A DNA stretch of 63,976 bases, filler included, from Octopus bimaculoides (GCF_001194135.2; 6 parts of 6 records of this genome joined end to end with filler, not necessarily neighbours in it), one strand, 5' to 3'. Positions 1-14,523 are shown, counted from the first letter of the whole stretch. The notes: generated by a model from the sequence alone, not told the origin. Numbers and translations: made by a program.

Positions 1-9
1 TATGAATCG

Positions 10-170
10 GACTTTATCAGTTCTTGTCTAGCAAATCCACTCACAAGGCTTTGGTTTACCCAAGTCTATAATAGAAGACACTCACCCAAGGTACCACGCA
101 GTGAGACTGAACCCGGAACCATGTGCCTAAGAAGCACGCTTCTCACCACACAGTCACTCCTGTGCCTGCA
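10..170 (-). mobile_element. tRNA-derived CORE-like SINE (family A), 5' part
   Basis: Reverse complement reads gcacaggagtgactgtgtggtgagaagcgtgct...ggttccgggttcagtctcactgcgtggtaccttgggtgagtgtcttct, matching copies at 20632, 36151, 54850 and 61975. Confidence 0.85.
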
Positions 171-1884
171 CAGAGCCACTCCTGGGGATATATGACTCTC
201 GTTGCTCACACATGACCAGCGGCTATCTCTCTCTCTCTCTGTCTTCCTCTTGCTTCACAAGAGACAAGGCACACTTTTGTGTGTCTCCTGTCATAGCTCG
301 TTTCAAGTGAAATAAATTCACTGATCTACAAAATTAGAAATATTGCATCTCGAAATGTCTCAGAGAGACTTATACAGTAGCAGCACGATAAAGTGATAGT
401 TTGTTGCCAACTTAAAGCGGCAGTCCCATGAAAGGGAAGAATGCTACTGCTATTTAGCCCCAAGGAACATCGTTTCCAGTTGGCTACGTGACACAAGCGT
501 TCTGTGTCCTTAAGTTTTCAAACAGGGGAGATAAGCACCTCCACCCAGTTCTTGAATGGAAGAAAGAAACTGGGTAACAGTGTGGTAAGCGATCTTTTTA
601 ACCACACAGCCATACCCGTGCCTATGTGAGTCATATTTCCTGACTTATTATAACAACCAACTAATTATCACATGTTATATATATATATATGCATATATAT
701 GTATATATNNNNNNNNNNNNNNNNNNNNNNNNNNNNNNNNNNNNNNNNNNNNNNNNNNNNNNNNNNNNNNNNNNNNNNNNNNNNNNNNNNNNNNNNNNNN
801 NNNNNNNNNNNNNNNNNNNNNNNNNNNNNNNNNNNNNNNNNNNNNNNNNNNNNTATATATATATATATATATATTCAATTTTAAAAGATAATCAGTAATG
901 ATATCGTATGAAAAGTTTATACCAAACTTTGATCGAAAAAATTTACCATTAATAAAACCAGTATTAATGCATGTTGCATTAATAACAAATGTAATTAAAA
1001 AAACAAGCTAGTTGTTAAAATCTATTGCTTTGTCTAAATCATTAAGAATTAATCGATTATCAATTAATTACAAATTAGTTCGGGTACATTATTTTTGTAA
1101 AAGAACCTAGATTTAATATATTTTCACAATTTTCTTTTTATCCAATTAAGAATTCAAAATATATTTTCCATCGTCAAAAATATTGCGATATTTTAATTTT
1201 CTGTCTAAACCATGTTTAGGAACTTAAAAATACTAGGAAATAATGCCTGGAGTCCACGCAGAATCTCAACAATAGCGTGTCTATTCTTTCTTAATAGATT
1301 CTGGTAGATTCCGACTGGAATATCCGATGGGAGAGCTTTGATTGAAGAGACACACAATTAACTTGCAACAGTGAGATGTCTCAAAGTCCCATTACGCCGG
1401 TAAATCGCATATGTTCTGAAGACATGTCGTCAAAAATGGAGAAAAACTTCTCCTATGATGAAAAACAGCAGCGATCAGATATTCACGTTTGGATCTCTGA
1501 GAACGTATTGTGAGAACGAACGGATACTTCATAGTTTGGTTTCTCACTATTTTATATTATTATCAGTTTTGGCAAGCATCAGCAAATAATTTGTTTATTG
1601 ATTTCTATAAACAAGAGCCTGTATTCTTGTAAGATTCATCGGTCCGGTGGGGTAGCTTTAACCGAGAAGGCACACAATAAGGTCGAAACACATTGTGTCT
1701 CAAAGTCCTCTTACACTGATGGATCATGTGTGCCATGAATAAACATCAACTAAAGAAGGAGGTGTCCTCTGGTGAGGAAAAATAACAACGACCAGATATT
1801 CACGTTCGAATTTGCCAAACCTTATCAAGAAGAGATATAAGGAGTTTTTCTTATATTTCTCCTTCTTAACCCTTCTGTTTATAA

Positions 1885-2035
1885 GCGGTGAAGGCACGTT
1901 ACTTAATGGTTAGGGTATTCGGTTCACGACCATAAGATCGTGTGTTCGATTCCCAGCAACACTTTGTGTCCTTGACCAAGACATTTCATTTTACATTGCT
2001 GCAGTTCACTCGTATGACAAAACAACTTTGGCGTT
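1885..2035 (+). mobile_element. tRNA-derived SINE head plus central domain (family D)
   Basis: A-box-like taatggttagg and B-box-like gttcgattccc, followed by gtgtccttgaccaagacatttc. Confidence 0.65.
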
Positions 2036-2878
2036 TTACACCTTTTTGCCAAAAACGAGAATTTTTCTCCGTGGCTAACTGTAGTGAAAATGACCCTTTT
2101 CCCTGGTCAAATATATCCTAAACATATTTGAACTCATCGAAATGTTTATTTCACAACAATGCTTTGCGTGTCAGTCATGTATAAAAATAAATGCTTTAAA
2201 ATAATTTGTAATCATAAGTTTTGGGCTTCAAAGCAGATTATTTCTTGAAGACTAAATCTAGACTATTTCCATCTCACAGTCATGGGTTGGAGATAAAACA
2301 TATTGTTCTGAACCAATCTCTAATGTGCGGTTGCAAACAAATATCACTTGTCTGTCTAGATGTAGTAAAGTAGGATGATGATAGTCTGTTCATAATAAAT
2401 ATATCACTGCCTGAGTCGTAACCTGGATGCGGCTTGGCCTCTTTAATATATAATGAGTTAAAAACCGAAACACTCGCGTAAAGTGGAGTTTCTTCCTTGG
2501 AGACCATCTATAATTCAACACTCACTATATTTTCTTATTACCTTATTTAAATATCCTATTCGGCAGCACAAGTTGTTGACGATTATCATACCAATTATTT
2601 CATAGCAATACATAACTGCAGATATCTCTTAAGTGTGTTTTTCACAATAACCGCATCAGTACAATAGTAATTATAAAATTTTCCAATACGTATTATCGCA
2701 TATTTTCACATAATCTCCAAAGATGTCGGTATCTTTAAACGTAACAATACTTGTAGTTGTTATCTTTCCCACTTACTCGAGACAAGAATGCTCTTTTGTT
2801 TAACATTATTTTAAAGAAAGCAGACATTTTCTTCTCAGTCTTAAATTGTGTTTTAGAAGCTGCATATATATATTAAAG

Positions 2879-3410
2879 GCGTAGGCATGGCTCTGTGGTT
2901 ACGAAGCTCGCTTAGCAACGATGTGATTTCTAGTTCAATCCCGCTGCATGGCACCTTGGGCAAGTGTCTTCTTTTATAGCTCCCGGTTGACTAATGCCTT
3001 TTGAGTGAATTTGGTCGACGGAAACTATGTAGAATTCCGTCGTGTGTGTGTGTCTTATATTTGTTTTTGTCTTCCACCATTGGTTGACAGTCGGTGTTGG
3101 TTTGTCTACGTCCTCGTAACTTAGCGGTTTGGAGAAGACACCGACAGAATAAGTACAAAATTTTAAAAATACAAATATTTAGGAGTGTATATGGCAAACG
3201 GAAACTGAAAGATCATCATCGTGTCTATATGTATATATATATGTACGTCCATATGTGTTTGCGCATGCATATATGTATAAAACGATAGAATAAGTACCAG
3301 AGTTTGACAAATTAAAAAGTACTGAGGCTGATTTGTTCGATTGAAGCATTCACGGTGGTGCACCAGCTTGGCCGCAGTCCAATAACTGCAACAAGCAAGA
3401 ACAAAAAAAA
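2879..3410 (+). mobile_element. SINE family A, near full length, degraded
   Basis: tRNA-like head, gcaccttgggcaagtgtcttct core, internal (GT)n and 3' module ttagcggtt...gatagaataagtac...ggccgcagtc. Confidence 0.85.
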
Positions 3411-3536
3411 ATACAGATCTTACAGTCCTCACTGTCGAATTAGTTTTATGCGAAGATTCATAGGTATTACATACAATTAAACAACAGTGGCGGTAATGAC
3501 ATTGATGTCGGTGGTTCGTTCATACATTTCTAGCGT

Positions 3537-3580
<44 letters not shown>

Positions 3581-3599
3581 CAGCCTTTGCTGCTTTTGG

Positions 3600-4060
3600 A
3601 TGTCTTCAGAAAACTACCATCACAAGAGTTAAGATAACAATTGCCATCTACGTGTGTGCAGCAGCCGTTTTTCAAGCAACGAAAGATGCGTATTGTGTAA
3701 GTCTTTTAACGATTAAGAAGTTTATGTTCGGATGGAGTTCATTTCAGAAATTCTTTAACCGCTTTAGATAGCCAACAGATGGATTTTCATTTGCTTCTTG
3801 ATAGCAACGGAGTAAATCTTGATTTGAATGTAAAGATCCAGTGAAGTGAAACGAATTCTTTCGCTATCTTTGAAAGCTCACAGATTTGTTAGTACGTTTG
3901 ATGTCGGTATTAGAGTTTCTGTTATTAGCGTCAGCCATTTTTCGTACGAGCAAAACCCCGAAAAGTAATAAGTAACTTTGTATGTAATTCAATCTGAATA
4001 ACATCTTGTGGTTGAATGAAAGCTGACTCTTGTTTATGGCAGAAAAATATCTGTTACTCA
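3600..4060 (-). mobile_element. Highly decayed N-terminal ORF fragment of an R4/Dong-like LINE
   Basis: Minus frame DLLRCYQEANENPSVGYLKRLKNF*NELHP resembles the CY..S.P...GY.KRM...W motif I recall from RLE-LINE N-termini; contains stops. Confidence 0.35.
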
Positions 4061-4109
4061 TTTAAACGGAGTTAGCTCTCCATAATCTTTTAATCTTTTA
4101 ATCTCTTAA

Positions 4110-4285
4110 TCTTTTACTTGTTTCAGTCATTAGACTACGGCCACGCTGGGGTACCACCTTGAAGAAGTTATGTCAAACGAATAAATCTCAGTACTTATTC
4201 TTTTTTTTTTAAGCTTGATACTTATTCTTGCGTTCTCTTTTGTCGAACCGCTAAGTTACGGGGACATAAACACACCAACACTGAT
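4110..4285 (-). mobile_element. SINE family A, 3' module
   Basis: cttttacttgtttcagtcattagactacggcc...gaaccgctaagttacggggacataaacacaccaacac is the reverse complement of the family A tail. Confidence 0.8.
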
Positions 4286-4544
4286 TAAGTTTAATTTAAG
4301 TTCATAAGAAACTTCAAGACGGTTGCTTACAAAGCAACAAGATTTTTTTGATTAAAAAAGAGTTCCCGGTGTTTGTAAACATGGGGTTGAGTTGGCCTGT
4401 TGGTTGGACTGTTGATGCATACACCTGAGTGTGTGTATCTATTCACATAAGAATTTCAGATGAAGAACTTTTGGAATGTTTTGCAAATCATCACTAGGCC
4501 ACTAATAGACAAGATTTCGAGAATCCGCGTCAGTTTTTTTCTTT

Positions 4545-4583
<39 letters not shown>

Positions 4584-4979
4584 CTTTTTCACGAAACAGA
4601 GTATTTTAAGGTTTTTGCGCAAATTTCTCGGTACACAACCTAATGTATGCATGTAGGCATGAATGTATGTATGAATGTATGCATTATGTATATATGTATG
4701 TATATATGTGCATGTATATATGAATCTGATTATGTATGTATGGAAGTTTGTACATAAGTATATGGATACGTGTGTGTGTGCGCGCGCGCACAAATGTGTC
4801 TGTTTATCCTATGACTATCAGTTCACTTATTCTCTAACGAAGTGATGTCTGTTTCTTCTATCTTGTCGTCATTTCTAAGCAATCGCCAAGGAAACTGACT
4901 TTCCAAGTATAACTTCATTGATTCAATCGTCATTATGAGCAAAAGAAAATAAAGTAAAGCAATGAACTCAATTGCACAA

Positions 4980-5017
<38 letters not shown>

Positions 5018-5699
5018 GTATGTATGTATGTATGTATGCATATGTATATGTATAGAGAGAGAGAGAGACAAATAATATATAAATTGTAGATAAATAGATA
5101 GATAGATATGAATATGCAAAAATATTGAATATATATGAACATACAAGTGCACGCATATGTGTGCATCTATACATTGTGAGTACACCTCTATGTGCCTGCG
5201 TATATGTATGATATAATGTACAGTATGTACACTTAATAGATTTAATGTATCTGATACATTTAATAGTTTTCTTTATATCTATCATGTTTTATTTTTTTAT
5301 CGTATTTATTTGCGTATTTGGTTCAAGAAGTAAATTCGGGCAAAACACTTCACGATGGAATAGAACTAAAATTTCCCTTATTACAACAAAACTACTTTGA
5401 GAATTTGTTCTTCATTCTTTTTTTTTTTTTTTTTTTTTCTGTGGTTAAGAATGAAACAATGTTTCAGCATGGATTCAGAAGAATTCGATTACTGCCACAA
5501 TATATCGGTTTAAAATGCACGCGATATTGACTTTTCTTTCCTACTTAGTAGAGAGCTGAGCTGCAGGTGAGCGGAGTCGAGGGCTGAGCCAATAAAATGG
5601 TAAACAGTAGCAGTTCGTGTTCCTACGATTAGAACGTTGCACTGGGTCTCTCTCTAGTATTGCATAAATGTTCAGACCTAGCAATATTAAATTCTGTAA

Positions 5700-5950
5700 G
5701 TGTATGCACAACCTAAGCGCAACATGTATGCACAATGCTTTGATTACAACGTTTTGCTGTGTGTGAAATGATGTGAGTACAGCTTGTTGCTCTGTGCACA
5801 ATGCTCTGAGTACAACATGCTATTGTGTGGAATTCATGTGAGTGCAACTTCTTGTTTCTGCAACGCTGTAAGTGCAACTTGTTGCGGCATGCACAATGAT
5901 GGGAGTACGACTTGGTATTGTATGTGCAATATTCTAAGTGTAACTCGTTG
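5700..5950. repeat. Degenerate ~30-bp minisatellite (tgcacaatgc...gagtacaac)
   Basis: The motifs tgcacaatg, gagtacaac and agtgcaact recur at roughly 30-bp spacing. Confidence 0.5.
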
Positions 5951-6090
5951 CAGTATTTGTTTAACTTAGGATAAGGAAAGTTGAGCAGCCACATATCTTA
6001 TCTTTTACTTGTTTTAGTCATTAGACTGCGGCCAAGCTGAGGCCTCTATTGGCAAGAAATCTTGAAATAAACCTTAACAGTGTCATACAT

Positions 6091-6125
<35 letters not shown>

Positions 6126-6143
6126 TACATACACCTACACACG

Positions 6144-6194
<51 letters not shown>

Positions 6195-6419
6195 GGGGTA
6201 AAGTCTATATATTATACCCAATATACAAACATATACACATTAATACAGTTTCCATCTACCACATTCACTCACAAAGCATATAGTAGAAACTATAGTAGAA
6301 AACTCCTGCCCAAGGTTCCACTTCGTGGAATTCATCCAGAACCCACGTGGTTGTAAAGCGTGCCTTTTAACCATACAGTTATTACTGCACCTACCTTCCT
6401 ACCTTCCTACCTTCCTACC

Positions 6420-6465
<46 letters not shown>

Positions 6466-7453
6466 NNNNNNNNNNNNNNNNNNNNNNNNNNNNNNNNNNN
6501 NNNNNNNNNNNNNNNNNNNNNNNNNNNNNNNNNNNNNNNNNNNNNNNNNNNNNNNNNNNNNNNNNNNNNNNNNNNNNNNNNNNNNNNNNNNNNNNNNNNN
6601 NNNNNNNNNNNNNNNNNNNNNNNNNNNNNNNNNNNNNNNNNNNNNNNNNNNNNNNNNNNNNNNNNNNNNNNNNNNNNNNNNNNNNNNNNNNNNNNNNNNN
6701 NNNNNNNNNNNNNNNNNNNNNNNNNNNNNNNNNNNNNNNNNNNNNNNNNNNNNNNNNNNNNNNNNNNNNNNNNNNNNNNNNNNNNNNNNNNNNNNNNNNN
6801 NNNNNNNNNNNNNNNNNNNNNNNNNNNNNNNNNNNNNNNNNNNNNNNNNNNNNNNNNNNNNNNNNNNNNNNNNNNNNNNNNNNNNNNNNNNNNNNNNNNN
6901 NNNNNNNNNNNNNNNNNNNNNNNNNNNNNNNNNNNNNNNNNNNNNNNNNNNNNNNNNNNNNNNNNNNNNNNNNNNNNNNNNNNNNNNNNNNNNNNNNNNN
7001 NNNNNNNNNNNNNNNNNNNNNNNNNNNNNNNNNNNNNNNNNNNNNNNNNNNNNNNNNNNNNNNNNNNNNNNNNNNNNNNNNNNNNNNNNNNNNNNNNNNN
7101 NNNNNNNNNNNNNNNNNNNNNNNNNNNNNNNNNNNNNNNNNNNNNNNNNNNNNNNNNNNNNNNNNNNNNNNNNNNNNNNNNNNNNNNNNNNNNNNNNNNN
7201 NNNNNNNNNNNNNNNNNNNNNNNNNNNNNNNNNNNNNNNNNNNNNNNNNNNNNNNNNNNNNNNNNNNNNNNNNNNNNNNNNNNNNNNNNNNNNNNNNNNN
7301 NNNNNNNNNNNNNNNNNNNNNNNNNNNNNNNNNNNNNNNNNNNNNNNNNNNNNNNNNNNNNNNNNNNNNNNNNNNNNNNNNNNNNNNNNNNNNNNNNNNN
7401 NNNNNNNNNNNNNNNNNNNNNNNNNNNNNNNNTATATATATATATATATATAT

Positions 7454-7484
<31 letters not shown>

Positions 7485-7776
7485 CATACATATACATATA
7501 TAAACATACATACATGTGTGTGTCTATATATATATATATATACCCACTACCCACAAATGTGTAGATATATATGTATAGATAGATTTGTATGCATATACGA
7601 TACATATATTTGTATGTATATGTAGATTTAGATAAATTGTGTATATATGATGTGATGTATGTATATACATACATATAAGGAAATAAATTGATATGATGAA
7701 GAAAATTATTCATAAAAGAAAAGTTAAAACTAGTGGGCAATCCTGTTTTCAATGCAAAAGCAGATGTTTCTCCACT

Positions 7777-7815
<39 letters not shown>

Positions 7816-7904
7816 GTTTAGAACAATAAATTTCCTTGATCCACCCACGTTTCAAGACAGAAATCTTCCTGTTTTCTGCTTACTGAAATGAATTATTTTT
7901 TTGC

Positions 7905-8345
<441 letters not shown>

Positions 8346-8763
8346 GTATCATTGTTATTATTAATGGCTGTTTCATTTATTGTAGTTGTATTGTAGGAGC
8401 GAGTCACGGTTAAGATGGCGTCTTTGTCTCGTATTTATTATGTCTTAAAAGTGTTCCTGTCAGGTTTCTTTTCGGCCATCAAGATTCACTTGAGAACGGA
8501 AGACCGGAGTCAGTTCTTGTTTTGGTTGTTGCTGTTATTGCTCTCATTGTTGTTGTTGCTGTTGATGTTACTGCTGTGGTTGCTGTCCTTGTTTTATTTA
8601 ATCATTTTTTTTTGTACTTGCTACAGTCATTTGACTGCGGTCATGCTGGAGCATGTATAATTTGTCGCAAATTTACGATGGGAAGGATGACTTCCCTTTG
8701 CAAAAACCGACAGGGCACAGAAAGTGTGTCAATAGCCAGCTGGAGGAGATGTTNNNNNNNNNN

Positions 8764-8795
<32 letters not shown>

Positions 8796-9064
8796 ATACG
8801 CATATGTATGCGTGTGTGAAATAAATATGCAACTGCATATATACATGTAGATATACATATGCACGCAAATGCACCGGCATGCATGAACCACTTTCATGCA
8901 AAAATACTTGTAATATAATACGTGTGTAATAGACACATGGAAATATAGAAGAAATATACGAAAAATTGTGATAAAAATGATAAGCGATATAATAGTTGTA
9001 TTGTTTTTGACTGGAGGGCATGTTCAGCTGGAATTCACTTCGAACACATTTCATATTCACGATC

Positions 9065-9115
<51 letters not shown>

Positions 9116-10090
9116 NNNNNNNNNNTGTGTATATGTATGTATGTATATAAATATATATATACATATATATATATATATGATATGCATATGTATATATATA
9201 CATATATATATGTATATATACATATATATGTATATATATATTTATATATATGCGTATATATACTTATATATATGTATACATATATGCATATATATATATA
9301 TGTATATATACATATATATATAGGTATGTATATATACATATAGGTATGTATATATATATATATGTGTATGTATATATANNNNNNNNNNNNNNNNNNNNNN
9401 NNNNNNNNNNNNNNNNNNNNNNNNNNNNNNNNNNNNNNNNNNNNNNNNNNNNNNNNNNNNNNNNNNNNNNNNNNNNNNNNNNNNNNNNNNNNNNNNNNNN
9501 NNNNNNNNNNNNNNNNNNNNNNNNNNNNNNNNNNNNNNNNNNNNNNNNNNNNNNNNNNNNNNNNNNNNNNNNNNNNNNNNNNNNNNNNNNNNNNNNNNNN
9601 NNNNNNNNNNNNNNNNNNNNNNNNNNNNNNNNNNNNNNNNNNNNNNNNNNNNNNNNNNNNNNNNNNNNNNNNNNNNNNNNNNNNNNNNNNNNNNNNNNNN
9701 NNNNNNNNNNNNNNNNNNNNNNNNNNNNNNNNNNNNNNNNNNNNNNNNNNNNNNNNNNNNNNNNNNNNNNNNNNNNNNNNNNNNNNNNNNNNNNNNNNNN
9801 NNNNNNNNNNNNNNNNNNNNNNNNNNNNNNNNNNNNNNNNNNNNNNNNNNNNNNNNNNNNNNNNNNNNNNNNNNNNNNNNNNNNNNNNNNNNNNNNNNNN
9901 NNNNNNNNNNNNNNNNNNNNNNNNNNNNNNNNNNNNNNNNNNNNNNNNNNNNNNNNNNNNNNNNNNNNNNNNNNNNNNNNNNNNNNNNNNNNNNNNNNNN
10001 NNNNNNNNNNNNNNNNNNNNNNNNNNNNNNNNNNNNNNNNNNNNNNNNNTATATATATATATGCCTGTATGTGTATACGTGTTTCTATAC

Positions 10091-10127
<37 letters not shown>

Positions 10128-11400
10128 TTACCTCCGAAGAAGATAACTTAGGTGTCGGTTCCCAATATTTTCACTTGATCAATCGATCGATTCATAAGAT
10201 CGAACCATCAGTACACTCAAGTATGATCTGAAACATATGTAGGCCTTTAACGAAGAGATATATTCATATAACCCATTACTTCTGTTTCTTATATATCTAC
10301 ATACATACACACACACATACACACAAACTTATACACACACACTTATACACACACACGCACACAGACACACATATATATATATATACGAGATGTATTAGTT
10401 TATAGTTTATGCGTATATGTTCGCATAAATAAATACCAAAATAATTTCGTACATAACATGCACAAATGCATATATTCATTCACACATACTTACAAAAATA
10501 CATACAAATATATATGCATGCATAAATGCTTATACACATGCATATATACACACATGCTTGCGTGCAAACATACATGCACACACATACATACATACATGCA
10601 TAAATTCATACATACATACATAGATACACATTGCTTATTATCATCATGATATACAAATGAACTTCCAATCTCTCGTCAACGTAAAATGTCGGAATGCCTC
10701 AGTCAACTCAAATTAACCTTTGAGATTTCTCATATAATTTTTACAAAAGACAGTAACTTCGAACTAACATACCATTTCTAGATTCGTTTCATTAATACTT
10801 ATAGCTAATCTATATGCGTCTTCGCTTTGTATTCTTCAAAATCTGTAAAAAGGTGACAAGAAAATAAAACAAAGAATTAGTAAGACTACAACACATCGTC
10901 GTATCGTTGTGATAACTGTTGTTGCTACAATGTCTTCGAGATTTTTTCAAAGTAACTTAACAATAAATCTCGTATCATCACTTGCTTTTTTTATTTTATT
11001 TTTATATATTTATTTTTTCATTTTTTTAAAATATTATTCTTTGTTGAGAGCGATAAAGACTATTGAGATGTATGGCGAAATGTCATATATGAATATGTAA
11101 ATCTCCAGTCGGTTTTTAGTTGTCAATGTCTGTCTTTCATATCTGTAATGGAGCAGAAGTAAAAGATACGATAAATATGACATCGCAAATAACATTCTGC
11201 TGGAATTGTTCCGTTTGTTTCTCGATGGCTAGACACGTCATTTTTGTCTCTCGTTTCGTATTTATGATAGAATGTCATAGTTCGTCTGTCCCTCCATATC
11301 ACTCTATATCTATCTACTTGTCTCTTCCTGTCTCACTGTGTGTGTGAATGTGTAAGTGTGTCAAGATTTATATATATATATATATACATATATTTATATT

Positions 11401-11456
<56 letters not shown>

Positions 11457-11815
11457 AATACATATATATACTTATATTTATATTTGTATATATATATATG
11501 TGTGTGTGTGTGTGCCTGTATATATATACATACGCACAAATATAAATATATGTATATGAATGTATCTTTATAATATATATGTAACTACATATGCACATAT
11601 ATACGTATCGATAGATTGTCTGTTTATACACACACACACACACCCTCATACATATTTATATATACACACATATACATATATATTTATATATTTATATATC
11701 CCTTCATACTTAATCCACCATTAGTATATATACATTCATATGTGTGAACATATACCTGTATGTATGTATGTATATATGAATATGTATATATGTATATGGA
11801 TATATATACATATGA

Positions 11816-11846
<31 letters not shown>

Positions 11847-12181
11847 TAAGTATGTAAAATGTGAGTTAAAACCTTGCAGGGTCGACTTTGCTATTAATTT
11901 TTCGCGCAAAATAACATTATTCAAGATTTGATTTAATTGATGAGACTTTCTTTCAAATTTGGTGACCTTGTGGCAAAATTTTGATTCATTAATATTATTA
12001 TTAGAGAACTACAATATACTACAGAAATGTAGCCAACATGATTGATAATTATCGGTTCATAACTCTGCTAAATATAAAGTTAGAATGTGCTAGCGCGGAG
12101 GGAACGTCTGTTCTTCGTAATACAGCCCAGCTATATTTTTGCATGATTCGGTAAGAAGCCGAAAGAGTCGTAGAAGATAGA

Positions 12182-12600
12182 GCGGCGAGCTGGCAGAAAC
12201 GTTAGTACGTCGAGCGAAATGCTTAGTGCTAGTTCGTCTGTCTTTTACGTTCTGAGTTCAAATTCTGCCGAGGTCGACTTTGCCTTTCATCCTTTCGGGG
12301 TTGATAAATTAAGTACCAGTTACGCACTGGGGTTGATGTAATCGACTTAATCCCTTTGTCTGTCCTTATTTGTCCCCTCTATGTTTAGCCCCTTGTGGGC
12401 AATAAAGAAATAAGAAACGTTAGCACGTCGTGCGAAATGCTTAGTGGTATGTCGTCTGTCTTTACGTTCTGAGTTCAAATTCCGCTGAGGTCGACTTTGC
12501 CTTTTATCCTTTCGGGGTTGATTGCTTACCAGGATCGATCTAATCGACTGGCCCCTTTCCCAAAAAATTTCGGGCCTTGTGCCTAGAGTAGAAAAGAATT
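12182..12600 (+). mobile_element. Two tandem tRNA-derived SINEs (family B, Meta/MESC-like central domain)
   Basis: Head ggcgagctggcagaaacgttag...gagttcaaattc and central gaggtcgactttgcctttcatcctttcggggttgataaattaagtaccagt; a second, 5'-truncated copy starts at ~12414. Domain name is from memory. Confidence 0.85.
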
Positions 12601-12834
12601 AGACGAAGATTTGAATCTGGATCAATTTAAAACTTCCGGTGGAATCGTTTATATCTGACCGGTGGCTGTTCTACGTGCAACCAGATTTGATTGCAAAAGT
12701 CCATAGCGTGGATAACGTTATTCTACAGTGCGGATTCTGCTCTGCGCACACAGACTGTCCTGCTCTCGCTGAGTGACTGACTGTACGTGTGCAGGAGCAA
12801 ATTAATAAAATTTACAAATGTAATGTCGAATACT

Positions 12835-12848
12835 TGATGATGGTGGCG

Positions 12849-12928
<80 letters not shown>

Positions 12929-12993
12929 TGTGGTGGTGGTGGTCATGGTGGTGGTGGTGGTGGTGGTCATGGTGGTGGTGGTGGTGGTGGTAA

Positions 12994-13027
<34 letters not shown>

Positions 13028-13108
13028 GGTGGTGGTGGTGGTGGTGGTGATCGTCGTCGTTGTGATGATGATCGCGATCTAGAAACAATTATTCTTACAA
13101 TCACAACC

Positions 13109-13142
<34 letters not shown>

Positions 13143-13166
13143 TCGTCATCATCATCATCATCGTCG

Positions 13167-13201
<35 letters not shown>

Positions 13202-13250
13202 GTCGTCATCATCATCATCATCATCATCATCATCGTCATCATCATCACTG
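12835..13250. repeat. Compound (GTA/GTG)n then (CAC/CAT)n microsatellites
   Basis: Directly visible. Confidence 0.95.
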
Positions 13251-13325
13251 TATTTGCAGTCACAAAAATCTTAGCTCTTAAACATTCGCTGTAACACACA
13301 TCCACACTCACATTCACACACACGT

Positions 13326-13363
<38 letters not shown>

Positions 13364-13596
13364 ACACGCATACACACACACACATACACACACGCATACA
13401 GCAGCAGAAATTAACGTTCAAGGTGTTTGTTCGATATAAAAATAAAACTGATTTTAATCGATTCCTTAATCAAGGTTTCTGTTTTTCTAGCTGTTACGTA
13501 TGAATCTCTAGCAGTTCATAACGCCACTAATGATGGCATTCGTTCTAATTTATGCTTGGTATGTTTTATTACTATTACTACTACTACTACTACTAC

Positions 13597-13644
<48 letters not shown>

Positions 13645-13715
13645 TAATAATAAAAATAATGATGATGATGATGATAATATCATCTTCATCATCATCACCA
13701 TCATCGCCATCATGC

Positions 13716-13755
<40 letters not shown>

Positions 13756-13892
13756 ATATTCACTTGGTTTACTGCAAGTTTTCCACTTCAATAGTAAATA
13801 TGTCTTTCAAACTTAAACATTGCAATTACAATTAAAACTATTCGGTTTGTATTGAATACAGTTTCCATTTTGTTTTGTTCGTATGTTCCTTG

Positions 13893-13924
<32 letters not shown>

Positions 13925-14523
13925 GNNNNNNNNNNNNNNNNNNNNNNNNNNNNNNNNNNNNNNNNNNNNNNNNNNNNNNNNNNNNNNNNNNNNNNNNNNN
14001 NNNNNNNNNNNNNNNNNNNNNNNNNNNNNNNNNNNNNNNNNNNNNNNNNNNNNNNNNNNNNNNNNNNNNNNNNNNNNNNNNNNNNNNNNNNNNNNNNNNN
14101 NNNNNNNNNNNNNNNNNNNNNNNNNNNNNNNNNNNNNNNNNNNNNNNNNNNNNNNNNNNNNNNNNNNNNNNNNNNNNNNNNNNNNNNNNNNNNNNNNNNN
14201 NNNNNNNNNNNNNNNNNNNNNNNNNNNNNNNNNNNNNNNNNNNNNNNNNNNNNNNNNNNNNNNNNNNNNNNNNNNNNNNNNNNNNNNNNNNNNNNNNNNN
14301 NNNNNNNNNNNNNNNNNNNNNNNNNNNNNNNNNNNNNNNNNNNNNNNNNNNNNNNNNNNNNNNNNNNNNNNNNNNNNNNNNNNNNNNNNNNNNNNNNNNN
14401 NNNNNNNNNNNNNNNNNNNNNNNNNNNNNNNNNNNNNNNNNNNNNNNNNNNNNNNNNNNNNNNNNNNNNNNNNNNNNNNNNNNNNNNTATAATATAAAGG
14501 ATTATTATTTTTATTTATTATTA

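Noticed and set aside
2400-2450. HPGYD..SDIF resembling a trypsin HPxY...DIAL segment
   Set aside because: No flanking protease motifs (TAAHC, GDSGGP) anywhere in the window.
12640-12790. Cluster of ETS/MRE/Inr-like words
   Set aside because: Short motifs, not distinguishable from background without functional data.
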